In this document: piece after piece, positions 1-8,560 of the stretch | Position numbering within the stretch: position 1 is the stretch's first letter | Layout of the letters: every line of letters begins with the position of its first letter | Assembly (NCBI GenBank): GCA_965228895.1 | Contig: OZ245842.1 | Location: 3,520,001-3,584,000 of the forward strand | DNA from: Alphaproteobacteria bacterium | Lineage (GTDB): Bacteria; Pseudomonadota; Alphaproteobacteria; SP197 | DNA: 64,000 nt | Direction: 5' to 3' | Made by a program: the position numbers and the translations under genes | Notes under the pieces: generated by a model | Database searches by the model: none | Seen by the model: only the letters and a program-made list of their open reading frames with translations | What the model was told of the DNA's origin: nothing

Positions 1-386
1 TGCGCATGCACGTCCTCCTGCGCCGATGGTTTCTGCATCTCCAATTCGCGCAGCTTGCTGAGCGTGGGATCGATCTCGCGGCGTTTGCGCTCGGAAACAA
101 GGATACGAACGATCTCCCACAGATCATCCGGCGTGGAGAAGTGATCACGGCGGTCATCGGGCAGATGGGTCAGGCGCACCAGGTTCCAGGCGCGCAGTTC
201 CTTCAGCCCGATCGAGACGTTGGAACGCGACAGACCGAGCTTGTCGACAATCTGGTCGGCGTTCAGCGGGTGTTCGCTCAAGAACAGCAGGGCATAGATC
301 TGACCGACCGTGCGGTTGATGCCCCACCCCGACCCCATCTCGCCGAAGTGGAGCACGAACTCCTGGTGAAGCGGCGACAGGTGCAT
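1..386 (-). CDS. GbsR/MarR-family transcriptional regulator (3' end runs off the window)
   Basis: Not in the ORF track because it has no stop inside the window. Manual translation from ATG at 386: MHLSPLHQEFVLHFGEMGSGWGINRTVGQIYALLFLSEHPLNADQIVDKLGLSRSNVSIGLKELRAWNLV..., the typical GbsR signature. Confidence 0.88.
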   Translation of the reverse strand, partial: MHLSPLHQEFVLHFGEMGSGWGINRTVGQIYALLFLSEHPLNADQIVDKLGLSRSNVSIGLKELRAWNLVRLTHLPDDRRDHFSTPDDLWEIVRILVSERKRREIDPTLSKLRELEMQKPSAQEDVHA

Positions 387-402
387 GCGCGGCGTTTCCT
401 GG

Positions 403-422
403 ATTTCGAAAAGTTTCGAAAT
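403..422. promoter_or_regulatory. Palindromic operator, probable GbsR autoregulatory site
   Basis: Perfect inverted repeat ATTTCGAAA-ag-TTTCGAAAT, 16 bp upstream of the GbsR start codon. Confidence 0.6.
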
Positions 423-552
423 GCATATAGGTCATGGAGGACCGAAAGCAAAGTCACATTCGCGGGCAAATCTAAGCCTTTGGGCTGCATCGACTTTCAC
501 CGATGAATCGGCTGGTCTGCTGCCGCCCATCCCAGCGGGCTAGGCGAAGGCT

Positions 553-1479
553 TCAGCCATTCGCGTCCTTTTCGCGCGCCAGGAAGATCGACAGACCGAG
601 CAAAACGACCGCGGCCCAGATCCATGCGTTGTGCTGTTCGCCGAACAACACCATGCCCCACACGACGCCCGCGACAATGCTGACGAAGCTGGTCAGCGAC
701 ACGAAAACGGCGCCCGCCAGCCGGACGATCTCGAAGTAGAGGTAGATCTCGACCAGCGCCAGGGCTGCCATCGCCACGATTGTCCAGGTTCCCGGCGACC
801 AGTCGCCGAACACAACGACCGATCTGTCGGTGATCATGTAGAGGGGCAACACGATCGCCGTTGCGATCAACACTTCGCCAAACGCGACCTGCCAGGAGTC
901 GGAGCCGTGCGGCCAGTCAAAGGCGACATAGTTGTGATAGGTCGCGTAGACGACGGGTATCAGGAAGGCGAGCAAGACCCAGGTCAGCATCGACGGCTGG
1001 GGGATGGCCGTACCCGGGACCAGCACGACTGCCGCCGCCACCAGGCCGACGGCAACCGCCGCCAAGCGCCGGCGCGACACCGTCTCGACCTTTGCCACGA
1101 TAGCGATCAGCGACGTGAAGACCGGTGACGTCGACGCGATGATGGCAAGCAGGCCGGCCGGAATCTCTTCGGCGACATAGAGACTCAAGGGAAACTCGAT
1201 CAGGTAACCGAGCGTCGCGCAGATCAGATAAAAACGCAGGTGACGCCCCGTGAACCGGGGCCAGCGCCGGCGAAGGGCTGCAACGCCCGTCATGCCGACG
1301 ACGACGCCGGCCGTCGTCAGGGCGATGATGCCGAGATAGGAAAGAGCGGACTCCGCGGCGATCTTGAACAGCGAAAAGTGGCCGCCCCACGACATGCCGA
1401 GCACGATCAGCAAGACCACCGGCCATAGACGTGTAAGACCCATGACCGGCGCCGCAACGGGTTTGCCGGACCCCGTCAC
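553..1479 (-). CDS. DMT/EamA family transporter
   Basis: About 10 hydrophobic segments in two repeats; WG..F..K, STSPVFTSL and GMVLFGE motifs. Confidence 0.85.
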   Translation of the reverse strand: MTGSGKPVAAPVMGLTRLWPVVLLIVLGMSWGGHFSLFKIAAESALSYLGIIALTTAGVVVGMTGVAALRRRWPRFTGRHLRFYLICATLGYLIEFPLSLYVAEEIPAGLLAIIASTSPVFTSLIAIVAKVETVSRRRLAAVAVGLVAAAVVLVPGTAIPQPSMLTWVLLAFLIPVVYATYHNYVAFDWPHGSDSWQVAFGEVLIATAIVLPLYMITDRSVVVFGDWSPGTWTIVAMAALALVEIYLYFEIVRLAGAVFVSLTSFVSIVAGVVWGMVLFGEQHNAWIWAAVVLLGLSIFLAREKDANG

Positions 1480-1727
1480 ATCAGGTGCCTCCGGTTCGCC
1501 CCGGCGTCTTGATCACAACGTGCTTGGGATCGGCGGTCCGCCTACCGCCGCGCCCTACCCTTGGCGTACCCGTGTCACGCGGCACGGTGTGCAACCGCGC
1601 GATATCCAGCAGGAACGGCAACACGCCTCGTCCATATGCGGCCATCGCGAAACCCTCCACGGCAATTAAGAAAGCGATTAGTTTCTAAATTGCGCCTGTT
1701 GGGCCGCGATGACAAGCCTTATCGATG

Positions 1728-2879
1728 TTAGGGACCGAACAAAAAGCAGTCGGCATCGCGTGCGCGCAGCACCGCACAAATGGCCTCGGCCTCGTCCCGG
1801 TCGGGCATCGGGCCGGCCTGCAGGCCATAGATCAGCGCGGGATCGCTGCCGGTTTCCAGCGGCTGGACCCTATAGGGCAGATCGCCGAGAAGATCGGGGA
1901 AGCGCTGGCCCAGATCCTGCCAGGCGGTTTCCGCGCGCCCCGCGTTTTCATAAGCGGCGAGTTGAATGAACGGCCAGTCACCGGTGCCGATGGTGGCCGC
2001 CACCCCGACCGCGGCATCGGCCGATGTTGTGTCCGCCGCACCGGCGACGACAGTTTCCTCAGCAGCGGCCGCTGTCGGGATCTCCTCGACGACGGCGACA
2101 GTGATCCCCTCCGCCGGTTTGGCGCGTGGCAGCGGCGCAATCGGCGCAGTGTGTGTCGCGGTGATCGTCGTTTCGGCCGGCGGCAATCCGGCCAGGCGTT
2201 CGGCGGCCAGCTCAATGCCGGCTGCCGCTGCTAGACTGTAGAGCCGCCGGGCCTCACTGATATTGACGGGTGTCCCCAAACCGGTCTCATAGGCGTAACC
2301 GGCCGAGAACTGTGCCGACGCGTTGCCCGCACTCGCCGCGCTTTTGAAGAGGCGGAACGCGCGTTCGGGATCGGCTTCGACGCCTTCGCCCAGATGATAG
2401 GCGATGCCCATGTTGAGCTGCGCATTGGGCAGTCCTTGCGCGGCGGCTTCCCCCCACCAGAAGAGGGCCTCCGTCACATCGCGTTCAACGCCACGGCCCT
2501 GCTGGTAGAGATTGCCCAGATTGAACTGCGCCACGGGATGGCCGGACTCCGCAGCCTTGCGGTACCACGTGGCCGCCAGGGCGTCGTCCTTCAGGACACC
2601 ACGGCCATTCTCATAGAGGATGCCAAGCGCAAGCTGAGCGCCGGGCATGCCTTGCTCGGCAAGCGGCTCCCACTCGGCAAGCGCCGCCTCGAAATCTCCG
2701 GTCTCGTACGCCGCTGCGCCGGTCGCGAAATCCGCCAGGGTCGTCTGCGGCACGGCCGCAAAAACCAGCAGGAACCCGCAAAGAAGCGGTCCAGCCACGG
2801 CGACAGCGCGATTTCTCGCCCACAAAAAGCGGCACGGTTTCATGGCCCTAACGTAGCGCAGCCACCGCGGCGCGACCAA
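1728..2879 (-). CDS. SEL1-like repeat protein with C-terminal SPOR domain
   Basis: Repeated AQxxLGxxYxxGxGV SEL1 units, Ala/Thr-rich linker, SPOR-like end (IQLAAY...LQAGP...AEAICAVL...C). True start may be slightly downstream. Confidence 0.85.
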   Translation of the reverse strand: MVAPRWLRYVRAMKPCRFLWARNRAVAVAGPLLCGFLLVFAAVPQTTLADFATGAAAYETGDFEAALAEWEPLAEQGMPGAQLALGILYENGRGVLKDDALAATWYRKAAESGHPVAQFNLGNLYQQGRGVERDVTEALFWWGEAAAQGLPNAQLNMGIAYHLGEGVEADPERAFRLFKSAASAGNASAQFSAGYAYETGLGTPVNISEARRLYSLAAAAGIELAAERLAGLPPAETTITATHTAPIAPLPRAKPAEGITVAVVEEIPTAAAAEETVVAGAADTTSADAAVGVAATIGTGDWPFIQLAAYENAGRAETAWQDLGQRFPDLLGDLPYRVQPLETGSDPALIYGLQAGPMPDRDEAEAICAVLRARDADCFLFGP

Positions 2880-2935
2880 ACCCTGTGCCGGTGTCGGCGC
2901 TCACAATCCGTCAAGAAAGGCCCGAAACCTGCCGG

Positions 2936-4108
2936 TTAGGCCGCCAGAAGACGGCCCGCGTACCAGGCGGCAAATGCCGCGACATTCGGCTCCATCAGCA
3001 CCGAATAGCGGCCGGGCTGGGCAAATGGCGAGGCCATGCCGCGCTGCTGGTTCTCCAGCGCCGGCACGTCTTCGGCCAACGCCGCGTCGAGCCGGATATA
3101 GTACTGCTCCGCCTTCGCCTCGAAATCAGGCAGTGCGATCGTCTCTTTGGGAAAACAAATGGACTGGATCACGCGGCATCGCTCAGGCCCGTCGGGATAG
3201 GCCTCATAGACCCACATCGCGTCGGTGCCGGCGGCAAACGTCAGGTTCGGGAAGAGCCACGTATAGCGCACGCCGCGCGCGGCCTTGCCGGTCAGGCCGG
3301 GGATCTTTGGCAGCGCATGGTGCTGCTGGCTCTCCAGCAATCCGCCGGTGCCTTCGGTCACGCCGTACTGGGTCGCGTAGTCGCCGGTGACGGGATCGCC
3401 CGGCTCCGGCGGGTCATAGAGATCGCTCAACGAGTCCGGATGCACATAGGGCAGGTGATAGTACTCGTTGAAAACGTCCAGAAAGCCCTTCCAGTTGCAG
3501 TCGACGGCGAGCTCGCGCCGGCGCGTCAGCACCAGGTCCTCGATCGGCCACGGCGCGTGCATGGCAACGAAGTCGCCGATTTGCGCGTCGAGGTCCGGAA
3601 TCTCCGGGTCCAGACAGACAAACAGAAAGCCTGCGCGCACCCCGGTCGGAAACGCAATCAGGCCGTAATCCGATGTGTCGAAGGACGCGGTCTGATCCAT
3701 GTGTCCGCCACCGACCAGTTCGCCGGTCAGGCGATAGGTCCAGCAATGGAACGGGCAGCGGATCATGTCGGTCGTGCCCTCGCCCGCCAACAGTTGCGCG
3801 CCGCGATGACGGCACGTGTTGGCAAAGGCACGGACGTCGCCTTGTTTGTCGCGCAGGATGATCAGCGGCACGTCGGCGATGGTCATGGTCACGTAGTCGC
3901 CGGGCTGGCGCACCATGTCGGCGCGTCCGACCGAGAGCCAACCGCGACGAAACACGGCGGGGCGCTCGCGCACCACAACGTCGGCGTCGTGATAGCAGAC
4001 CGGCGGCAGACTTTCGGCTTCCGAAATCGGTGCCATGCATCGCGCAAGCGCCTGATCAAGCGGTGATGCGTGATCCTGCTTGGCGGACGGAACCGCGGCG
4101 ACAGCCAT
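2936..4108 (-). CDS. Rieske non-heme iron oxygenase alpha subunit (choline monooxygenase / N-demethylase-like)
   Basis: CRHRG...CPFHCW Rieske motif; NWK...EYYHLPYVH iron site; ED...E.QQRG. Confidence 0.9.
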   Translation of the reverse strand: MAVAAVPSAKQDHASPLDQALARCMAPISEAESLPPVCYHDADVVVRERPAVFRRGWLSVGRADMVRQPGDYVTMTIADVPLIILRDKQGDVRAFANTCRHRGAQLLAGEGTTDMIRCPFHCWTYRLTGELVGGGHMDQTASFDTSDYGLIAFPTGVRAGFLFVCLDPEIPDLDAQIGDFVAMHAPWPIEDLVLTRRRELAVDCNWKGFLDVFNEYYHLPYVHPDSLSDLYDPPEPGDPVTGDYATQYGVTEGTGGLLESQQHHALPKIPGLTGKAARGVRYTWLFPNLTFAAGTDAMWVYEAYPDGPERCRVIQSICFPKETIALPDFEAKAEQYYIRLDAALAEDVPALENQQRGMASPFAQPGRYSVLMEPNVAAFAAWYAGRLLAA

Positions 4109-4110
4109 GT

Positions 4111-4752
4111 TCAGACCGCCACGTTGATCTGACCGGACTCACGCTGCATCGCGACATCCGGCACCACCAGCGGTTCGCGCGCACCCGGCCGCATCACCGC
4201 TTCGTCAAAGGCTTTGCGGGCGAAAACCTCGAGCACCAGCGGCGCAAAGAAGTCGAGCGAGAGGTTGGCGTAACCGGGATCGAAACTTGTCTGGTCCCAG
4301 CGCTCACAGAACGCGACGCAGTCGTCGAAATAGGGATGACCGCGATGGGCCTCGCGCTCGTTCGGATCCTCGCCCAGCTTGTCGGCGAAGTAGATCTTCT
4401 GAAACCCGCCGTGTTGCTCGACCGTCCATACGCACTGTTCGCGGATGTAAGGTTTCAAGACGATCGCCGCATACTCACCGTGCATGTAGGGCGCGTGGAG
4501 ATCGCCGATATCATGCAGCAGCGCCGCGACGACCCAGTCGATGTCGGCGCCGTCATACCAGGCGCGCGTCGCCGATTGCAGCGAATGACCGAGCCGCGAG
4601 ATCTGATAGCCGGAATAGCCGCCCTCAAGACCGGCCATGGCGTCCAGCAAGCGTTCGCCGGTTTGTCCGGCATAGGTGATTTCGTGCTCGCGCAGAAAGG
4701 CGTAGTCCTCGACGTCGCCGTCACACATCTGGGTGAACTTCACATGCTCCAT
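4111..4752 (-). CDS. HD-domain protein (PhnZ/TmpB-like HD oxygenase/phosphohydrolase family)
   Basis: HSLQSATRA...ALLHDIGD...H...H...WDQTSFDP pattern; ATG 4752 preceded by AGGAG. Confidence 0.8.
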   Translation of the reverse strand: MEHVKFTQMCDGDVEDYAFLREHEITYAGQTGERLLDAMAGLEGGYSGYQISRLGHSLQSATRAWYDGADIDWVVAALLHDIGDLHAPYMHGEYAAIVLKPYIREQCVWTVEQHGGFQKIYFADKLGEDPNEREAHRGHPYFDDCVAFCERWDQTSFDPGYANLSLDFFAPLVLEVFARKAFDEAVMRPGAREPLVVPDVAMQRESGQINVAV

Positions 4753-4863
4753 GGGGCCGATCTCCTGTGTCGTCCTTCCGACTTTGAGGCCCAAACCGGC
4801 CCTGGACAAACAGAAAGTTCGAGGTCATAGCTATAAGCTGAACTAATTGACCCATCAGTTGCG

Positions 4864-5736
4864 ATGGCTACGCCCTTACCGCCCTTTACTTGGCTGCGTG
4901 CCTTCGAAAGCGCCGCGCGGCTCTTGAGCTTCACCGGCGCCGCGGACGAGCTGAACGTCACCCAATCGGCGGTCAGCCAGCATATCCGCTCGCTCGAGGA
5001 ACGGATCGGCAAGCCCCTGTTCGTCCGCAAGGCGCGCGGTCTGGCGCTGACCGATGACGGCCGGAGGCTTCTGCCCTACGTCACGGCCGCCGTGTCGGAG
5101 CTGTCGTCGGGCCTCTCTGTGGTCGCGCCCGACGCGCCCGAGACCGTGCTGCATGTCGCCGCCAGCATCAGCTTCGCCCAGTTGTGGCTGGCGCCGCGCC
5201 TGCCGGACTTCCAGCGCGATCACCCAGGACTGGGTCTGCGTATCGTGAGCGCGCTGTGGTCCGACGACTACCTGCATACCCGCGCCGACGTGGAGCTGCG
5301 CTATGGCACCAAGGATATGGTTGGCGCCGATGCGCTCAAACTCGTCGATGATCAGGTGGTTCTCTACTGCACGCCGCAGATGGCCGCCGGAATCAAGACC
5401 TGGGACGACGTGTGCACCGCGCCTTTGATCCACACTGTCGGCACGTCGGACACCTGGCAGACCTGGACGCAACACCTGGGCCTTGCACCGCCGGTCGCGT
5501 TTTCCCATTCGGTCGACTCCTATGTGCTGTCGATGGAACTCGCCCGCTCCGGCGTCGGCGTGGCGCTTGGCAGCCGCTTCCTGGGCGAACGGTTGGTCGC
5601 GAGTGGCGAGGTCGCCGTGCCACTGGACCTCTCGACACCCGCACGGGAGAACCACTACATCACCATCAACGGCGGCTCGGCGTTGCGCCGCCAGGCCGAA
5701 ACGTTTCGCGACTGGATCGTCGGAGAGATCGCCTGA
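4864..5736 (+). CDS. LysR-family regulator (GcvA-like)
   Basis: LPPFTWLRAFESAARLLSFTGAADELNVTQSAVSQHIRSLE helix-turn-helix; divergent from the HD-Rieske pair. Confidence 0.92.
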   Translation: MATPLPPFTWLRAFESAARLLSFTGAADELNVTQSAVSQHIRSLEERIGKPLFVRKARGLALTDDGRRLLPYVTAAVSELSSGLSVVAPDAPETVLHVAASISFAQLWLAPRLPDFQRDHPGLGLRIVSALWSDDYLHTRADVELRYGTKDMVGADALKLVDDQVVLYCTPQMAAGIKTWDDVCTAPLIHTVGTSDTWQTWTQHLGLAPPVAFSHSVDSYVLSMELARSGVGVALGSRFLGERLVASGEVAVPLDLSTPARENHYITINGGSALRRQAETFRDWIVGEIA

Positions 5737-5820
5737 GCGACAAGGCGCGCCCGACCTGGGGTCACGCGCTGACCTGTGCTATGCAGGACACCGAGCGCCA
5801 CGCCATGGGGGATGAAGGGG

Positions 5821-6903
5821 ATGGCACTTGGCGGCGGCCGCCCGGATGCCGTGCAGCACGGGCTACCGCAAATCGAAATCGGCGCGGCTGGCGATGTCGG
5901 CCCGCATCTCGTTTCGCTCGTCTTCGAGGAAATCGTCAACCGTCCTTCCCGCTGCGTCCTTACACTGGACGAAGCCGATGGCCAGGGCGGGTATCGTTAT
6001 GACAACGACCGGTCGATCGACTTCGGCGCGGCCGTCGACCTCTCGCTGCTGACCGGCGGCGGAACGGCCGATCCGTCGTTCACCGGCCGCGTTTTCGCTC
6101 TCGCACGGCGCATGGAACACGACAGCGGCCCGCGTCTGGTCGTCGACGCCTATGACCGGCTGCAGGATCTCGCCATGGCGCGCCGCTCGCGCCAGTTCGA
6201 GGAGACGACCGCCGCCGATGTCATCGCGTCGATCGCCGGCGACTACGACCTCGCGGCCGAGGTCGATCTCGATGGCCCCGTGCATCCTGTGCTCGTCCAG
6301 GCCAACGAGAACGACCTCGCTTTCTTGACGCGCCTGGTCGACGATCTCGACGGTGAGCTCTGGCTCGACGGCGACACCTTCCGCGCAAGCCGTCACACGG
6401 CGCGGCCGGGCGCAACCGTCACCGTACGGCCCAACAGCGATCTTTTCAGTCTCGCCATCGACGCCGACCTCACGAGCCAGCACCGCGACCTCTCCGTCCA
6501 CGGTTGGGACCCCGCCGTCAAAGACGCCTTGGCAGCGACCGCCGACTATGAGGCGATTGCTGGCGAGGTGACAGGTCAGGTCAGCGGCGGTCAGTGGCTC
6601 GCCATCCTCGACGCGCCCGGCCCCGATCCCGAGCAGCGTGTCGTCCACCGGACGCCGGCCAACAATGACCACGCCAAGAGCCTGGCCAACGCCACCTACG
6701 CCCGGGTGTCACGGGAGTTTGTTAGGCTGCACGCGCTGGCGCGCGGGCGCGCCGAACTCGGGGTCGGCGCCAAGATAGACCTACAAGGCGCGGGCGCACG
6801 TTTCGACGGTCACTACGCCATATGCCGCGCCCGCCACACATTCGATGCCGAGAACGGCTACCGCACGGAAATTGATGCCCGAAGGAGCGGCCTGGGACGA
6901 TGA
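5821..6903 (+). CDS. Phage late control D / VgrG hub-like protein of a contractile injection system
   Basis: FTGRV.ALA, AYDRLQDLAMARRSRQF, VQANENDLAFLTRL, GARFDGHY...RHTFD...GYRT pattern of gpD/VgrG hub proteins. Start uncertain (5776-5821). Confidence 0.85.
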   Translation: MALGGGRPDAVQHGLPQIEIGAAGDVGPHLVSLVFEEIVNRPSRCVLTLDEADGQGGYRYDNDRSIDFGAAVDLSLLTGGGTADPSFTGRVFALARRMEHDSGPRLVVDAYDRLQDLAMARRSRQFEETTAADVIASIAGDYDLAAEVDLDGPVHPVLVQANENDLAFLTRLVDDLDGELWLDGDTFRASRHTARPGATVTVRPNSDLFSLAIDADLTSQHRDLSVHGWDPAVKDALAATADYEAIAGEVTGQVSGGQWLAILDAPGPDPEQRVVHRTPANNDHAKSLANATYARVSREFVRLHALARGRAELGVGAKIDLQGAGARFDGHYAICRARHTFDAENGYRTEIDARRSGLGR

Positions 6904-7610
6904 ACGAGATAGCGAAACAAGCGGCAATCCCACACGATCAGCGTTTGCCCGGTGACCTCGGCGGCCTGTTCTATGGCGTCTATCCCGCAACGGTCACCGA
7001 CAACCGGGACCCTGCGGGTCAAGCCCGGATCAAGGTCACGTTGCCCTGGCTGACGGACCAGGATCCGCCATCGCTGTGGGCGCGCCATGCGGTGCTGAGT
7101 GCCGGGCCGGACCACGGCTCTCGATTCACACCCGCGATCGGGGCCGAAGTGCTGGTCGCCTTCGAGGCCGGCGATGTTTCGCGTCCCTATATCGTCGGCG
7201 CGTTGTGGAACGGCGTCGACCGGCCGCCCGAGACATCGGACAAGCCTGGCTACGACACCCAGATCCTGTCGACATCGCGCGGCACCCGTGTCGTGTTCGA
7301 TGAGAACGCGGACGGTGGCACGCTGCGCCTCGAAACAGCAGGCGGCCAACGTGTTGTTCTGACCGATTCACCGGAAGGTCTGATTATCGAGGACGCAAGC
7401 GGCAGTCGCATCAAACTGGAGCCCAGCGGTATCTGTATCGAGGCGCCCACCAAGGTCGAGGTCAAGGCCGCGCAAGTCGACATTTCCGCAGCCGTCATCA
7501 GTCTTGATGCCGCCATGGTGCAGGCTTCCGGCGTCGTCAAATGCACGACACTGCAGACCGATACCGTCATCGCGTCGACCTATACGCCCGGCGCCGGCAA
7601 CGTCTGGTAG
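6900..7610 (+). CDS. Phage baseplate assembly protein V / VgrG spike (gp5 OB-fold)
   Basis: YGVYPATVTDNRDP.G.ARIKV.LPW, WAR, P.IG.EVLVAFEAGD..RPYIVGALWNG; C-terminal TYTPGAGNVW; ATGA overlap with the upstream gene. Confidence 0.9.
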   Translation: MNEIAKQAAIPHDQRLPGDLGGLFYGVYPATVTDNRDPAGQARIKVTLPWLTDQDPPSLWARHAVLSAGPDHGSRFTPAIGAEVLVAFEAGDVSRPYIVGALWNGVDRPPETSDKPGYDTQILSTSRGTRVVFDENADGGTLRLETAGGQRVVLTDSPEGLIIEDASGSRIKLEPSGICIEAPTKVEVKAAQVDISAAVISLDAAMVQASGVVKCTTLQTDTVIASTYTPGAGNVW

Positions 7611-7631
7611 TCCTGCTTGGTCAAGTACGTG

Positions 7632-8420
7632 TCAGGTGTTGGGCAAAGGCGCCGGAAAGCATCTGGGAAAATCTGAAACTAACTTTGCTGCTTGTTCGTC
7701 ATTCACACTTCGAACGTAGTTCAGAACAGCTGAGCTCACTGGACCTTCACCGTTAGTCTGAACCGCCAGGCAAAATTCGGCATAGCGCTTTTCTGCGATC
7801 GTAAGTCCTGCTTTGTCCGTATCTATATTGAAGGCTGAGATTGCTGTCGATGGACCAACTGACTTCTCGTCGTTAACGGGAAAGTTCGACCTCTCAGCGG
7901 CAGCTCTAAGACTGTTAGTCGCCTCCTGTACCTGATCCTGGTTGTGTCCTGACACAATGATGTCGTCAACGTACACAGTTGCCGTGACCATTAGTTGTCT
8001 TAGGCAATTGCCTAGATCACTCTTATCTAATGCTAGAGAGGCCAGGAGAGGAGACTGAACAAATCCATACGGTAGGCCAAAGCGTTGTCGCCGATGATCA
8101 ACGCGCACTGTACTAGCGACAGCAAACTCTTCGGCATCGCGGAAACTGAAGCCGATAGTCTTCAGACTTCGTGTAACTCTGTTTCTCCGAACATTGCCAA
8201 AAAAGTTGCTTAGATCAAGCTTGGCAAGCCACGGGTTTCCGGAATGAGAGCGCAAAGCGGCAACATGGCCACCTCGCTGATAGTGAAAGAAAAAACTGGG
8301 CGCATTCCAGTTTTTTCGAATAGCACGAACATGAGCTTCTGCCTCGAACGCCAGTTCTTCGAGTTGTATGTAAACCCATTTCCCACTTGGTAGTCGGAAG
8401 CGCGATTGATAGTTTCTCAA
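7632..8420 (-). CDS. Small reverse transcriptase (retron-like or unclassified group), 262 aa
   Basis: RT motifs in correct order: LAKLDLSNFF (catalytic Asp), LPYGFVQSP (motif B variant), YVDD (7962-7973), FPVNDEKS; GGHVAALRSH lies where retron RTs have NAxxH. TTG start with GGAG upstream; lower GC than the flanks. Confidence 0.9.
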   Translation of the reverse strand: MRNYQSRFRLPSGKWVYIQLEELAFEAEAHVRAIRKNWNAPSFFFHYQRGGHVAALRSHSGNPWLAKLDLSNFFGNVRRNRVTRSLKTIGFSFRDAEEFAVASTVRVDHRRQRFGLPYGFVQSPLLASLALDKSDLGNCLRQLMVTATVYVDDIIVSGHNQDQVQEATNSLRAAAERSNFPVNDEKSVGPSTAISAFNIDTDKAGLTIAEKRYAEFCLAVQTNGEGPVSSAVLNYVRSVNDEQAAKLVSDFPRCFPAPLPNT

Positions 8421-8428
8421 CGTTCGAG

Positions 8429-8545
8429 CTATCTCCGACTGTAGTTAGTGATTAGGCTCACAACCATGTAGACAAGCAAAGCGAAGCGTAGAACTTCGTT
8501 TGCCAGCATTACGTAGCTGCGAACCAGATGCGGGTTAAACCTCAT
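8429..8545 (-). CDS. 38-aa single-transmembrane peptide upstream of the RT (below the ORF-track cutoff)
   Basis: MRFNPHLVRSYVMLANEVLRFALLVYMVVSLITNYSRR*; strong SD (TGAGGAGA) 6 nt before the ATG; stop 8 nt before the RT start; hydrophobic core with basic C-terminus. An in-frame ATG also exists at 8560. Confidence 0.7.
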   Translation of the reverse strand: MRFNPHLVRSYVMLANEVLRFALLVYMVVSLITNYSRR

Positions 8546-8560
8546 CGGTTCTCTCCTCAT

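Noticed and set aside
154-435. ORF-track entries 154..435 (-) and 6..506 (+)
   Set aside because: Wrong-frame or antisense shadows of the GbsR gene that starts at 386 and runs off the window.
7632-8420. RT as a group II intron maturase, DGR RT or CRISPR-associated RT
   Set aside because: Too short, with no maturase/endonuclease domain or intron domain V seen, no Avd gene or TR/VR pair, and no cas genes or array in the window.
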